Shown: positions 63,888-64,000 of the stretch, one piece after another
Position numbering within the stretch: position 1 is the first letter of the stretch
Layout: each line of letters starts with the position of its first letter
Assembly (NCBI RefSeq): GCF_001194135.2
Contig: NC_068986.1
Span: 81,550,834 to 81,614,833, forward strand
DNA: 64,000 nt
DNA from: Octopus bimaculoides
Lineage: Eukaryota
Direction of reading: 5' to 3'
The notes under the pieces: generated by a model
What the model was told of the DNA's origin: nothing
The model's database searches: none
What the model saw: the letters and a program-made list of their open reading frames with translations, nothing else
Program-made: the position numbers and the translations under genes

Positions 63888-64000
63888 GTACAAGAAAAAG
63901 GACAGAAACAGGTGTACTAATGTAAAGGAGAGACTTGGTTATCTAGTCAGAGGAAAAACAAGAGAAGGAGAGAGAGAGTGATCAAGAATGAGGGCAGAAA

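Overview
This is AT-rich, microsatellite-dense eukaryotic (metazoan) genomic DNA from a gapped short-read assembly; most N-gaps abut dinucleotide runs. The SINE/LINE repertoire looks like coleoid cephalopod (Octopus-like) DNA, which is an inference from pattern recognition only. I cannot support any intact protein-coding gene, rRNA, true tRNA or CRISPR array, and the window reads like a long intronic or intergenic tract, possibly ending in a + strand terminal exon at about 60.6-61.7 kb. It is dominated by dead mobile elements: tRNA-derived SINEs, RTE- and CR1-type LINE fragments, hAT/Charlie elements with perfect 8-bp TSDs, a Tc1 remnant, a piggyBac-like MITE, a Helitron-like element and two Merlin/MULE-like MITEs. 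There are also three 27-29-bp minisatellites and several local duplications. The most interesting object is at 5705-6397: one TSD-bounded insertion combining a tRNA-derived Pol III head, a Penelope-like pseudo-LTR carrying a minimal (dimer-type) hammerhead ribozyme, the N-terminus of a Penelope-like ORF and an inverted second copy. Other highlights are two further degenerate hammerheads at 35.6-35.8 kb, a MITE whose centre is a 72-bp perfect inverted repeat around a telomeric (CCCTAA)4/(TTAGGG)n palindrome, and a recursive-splice-type CAG|GTAAGT site at 59657-59665.
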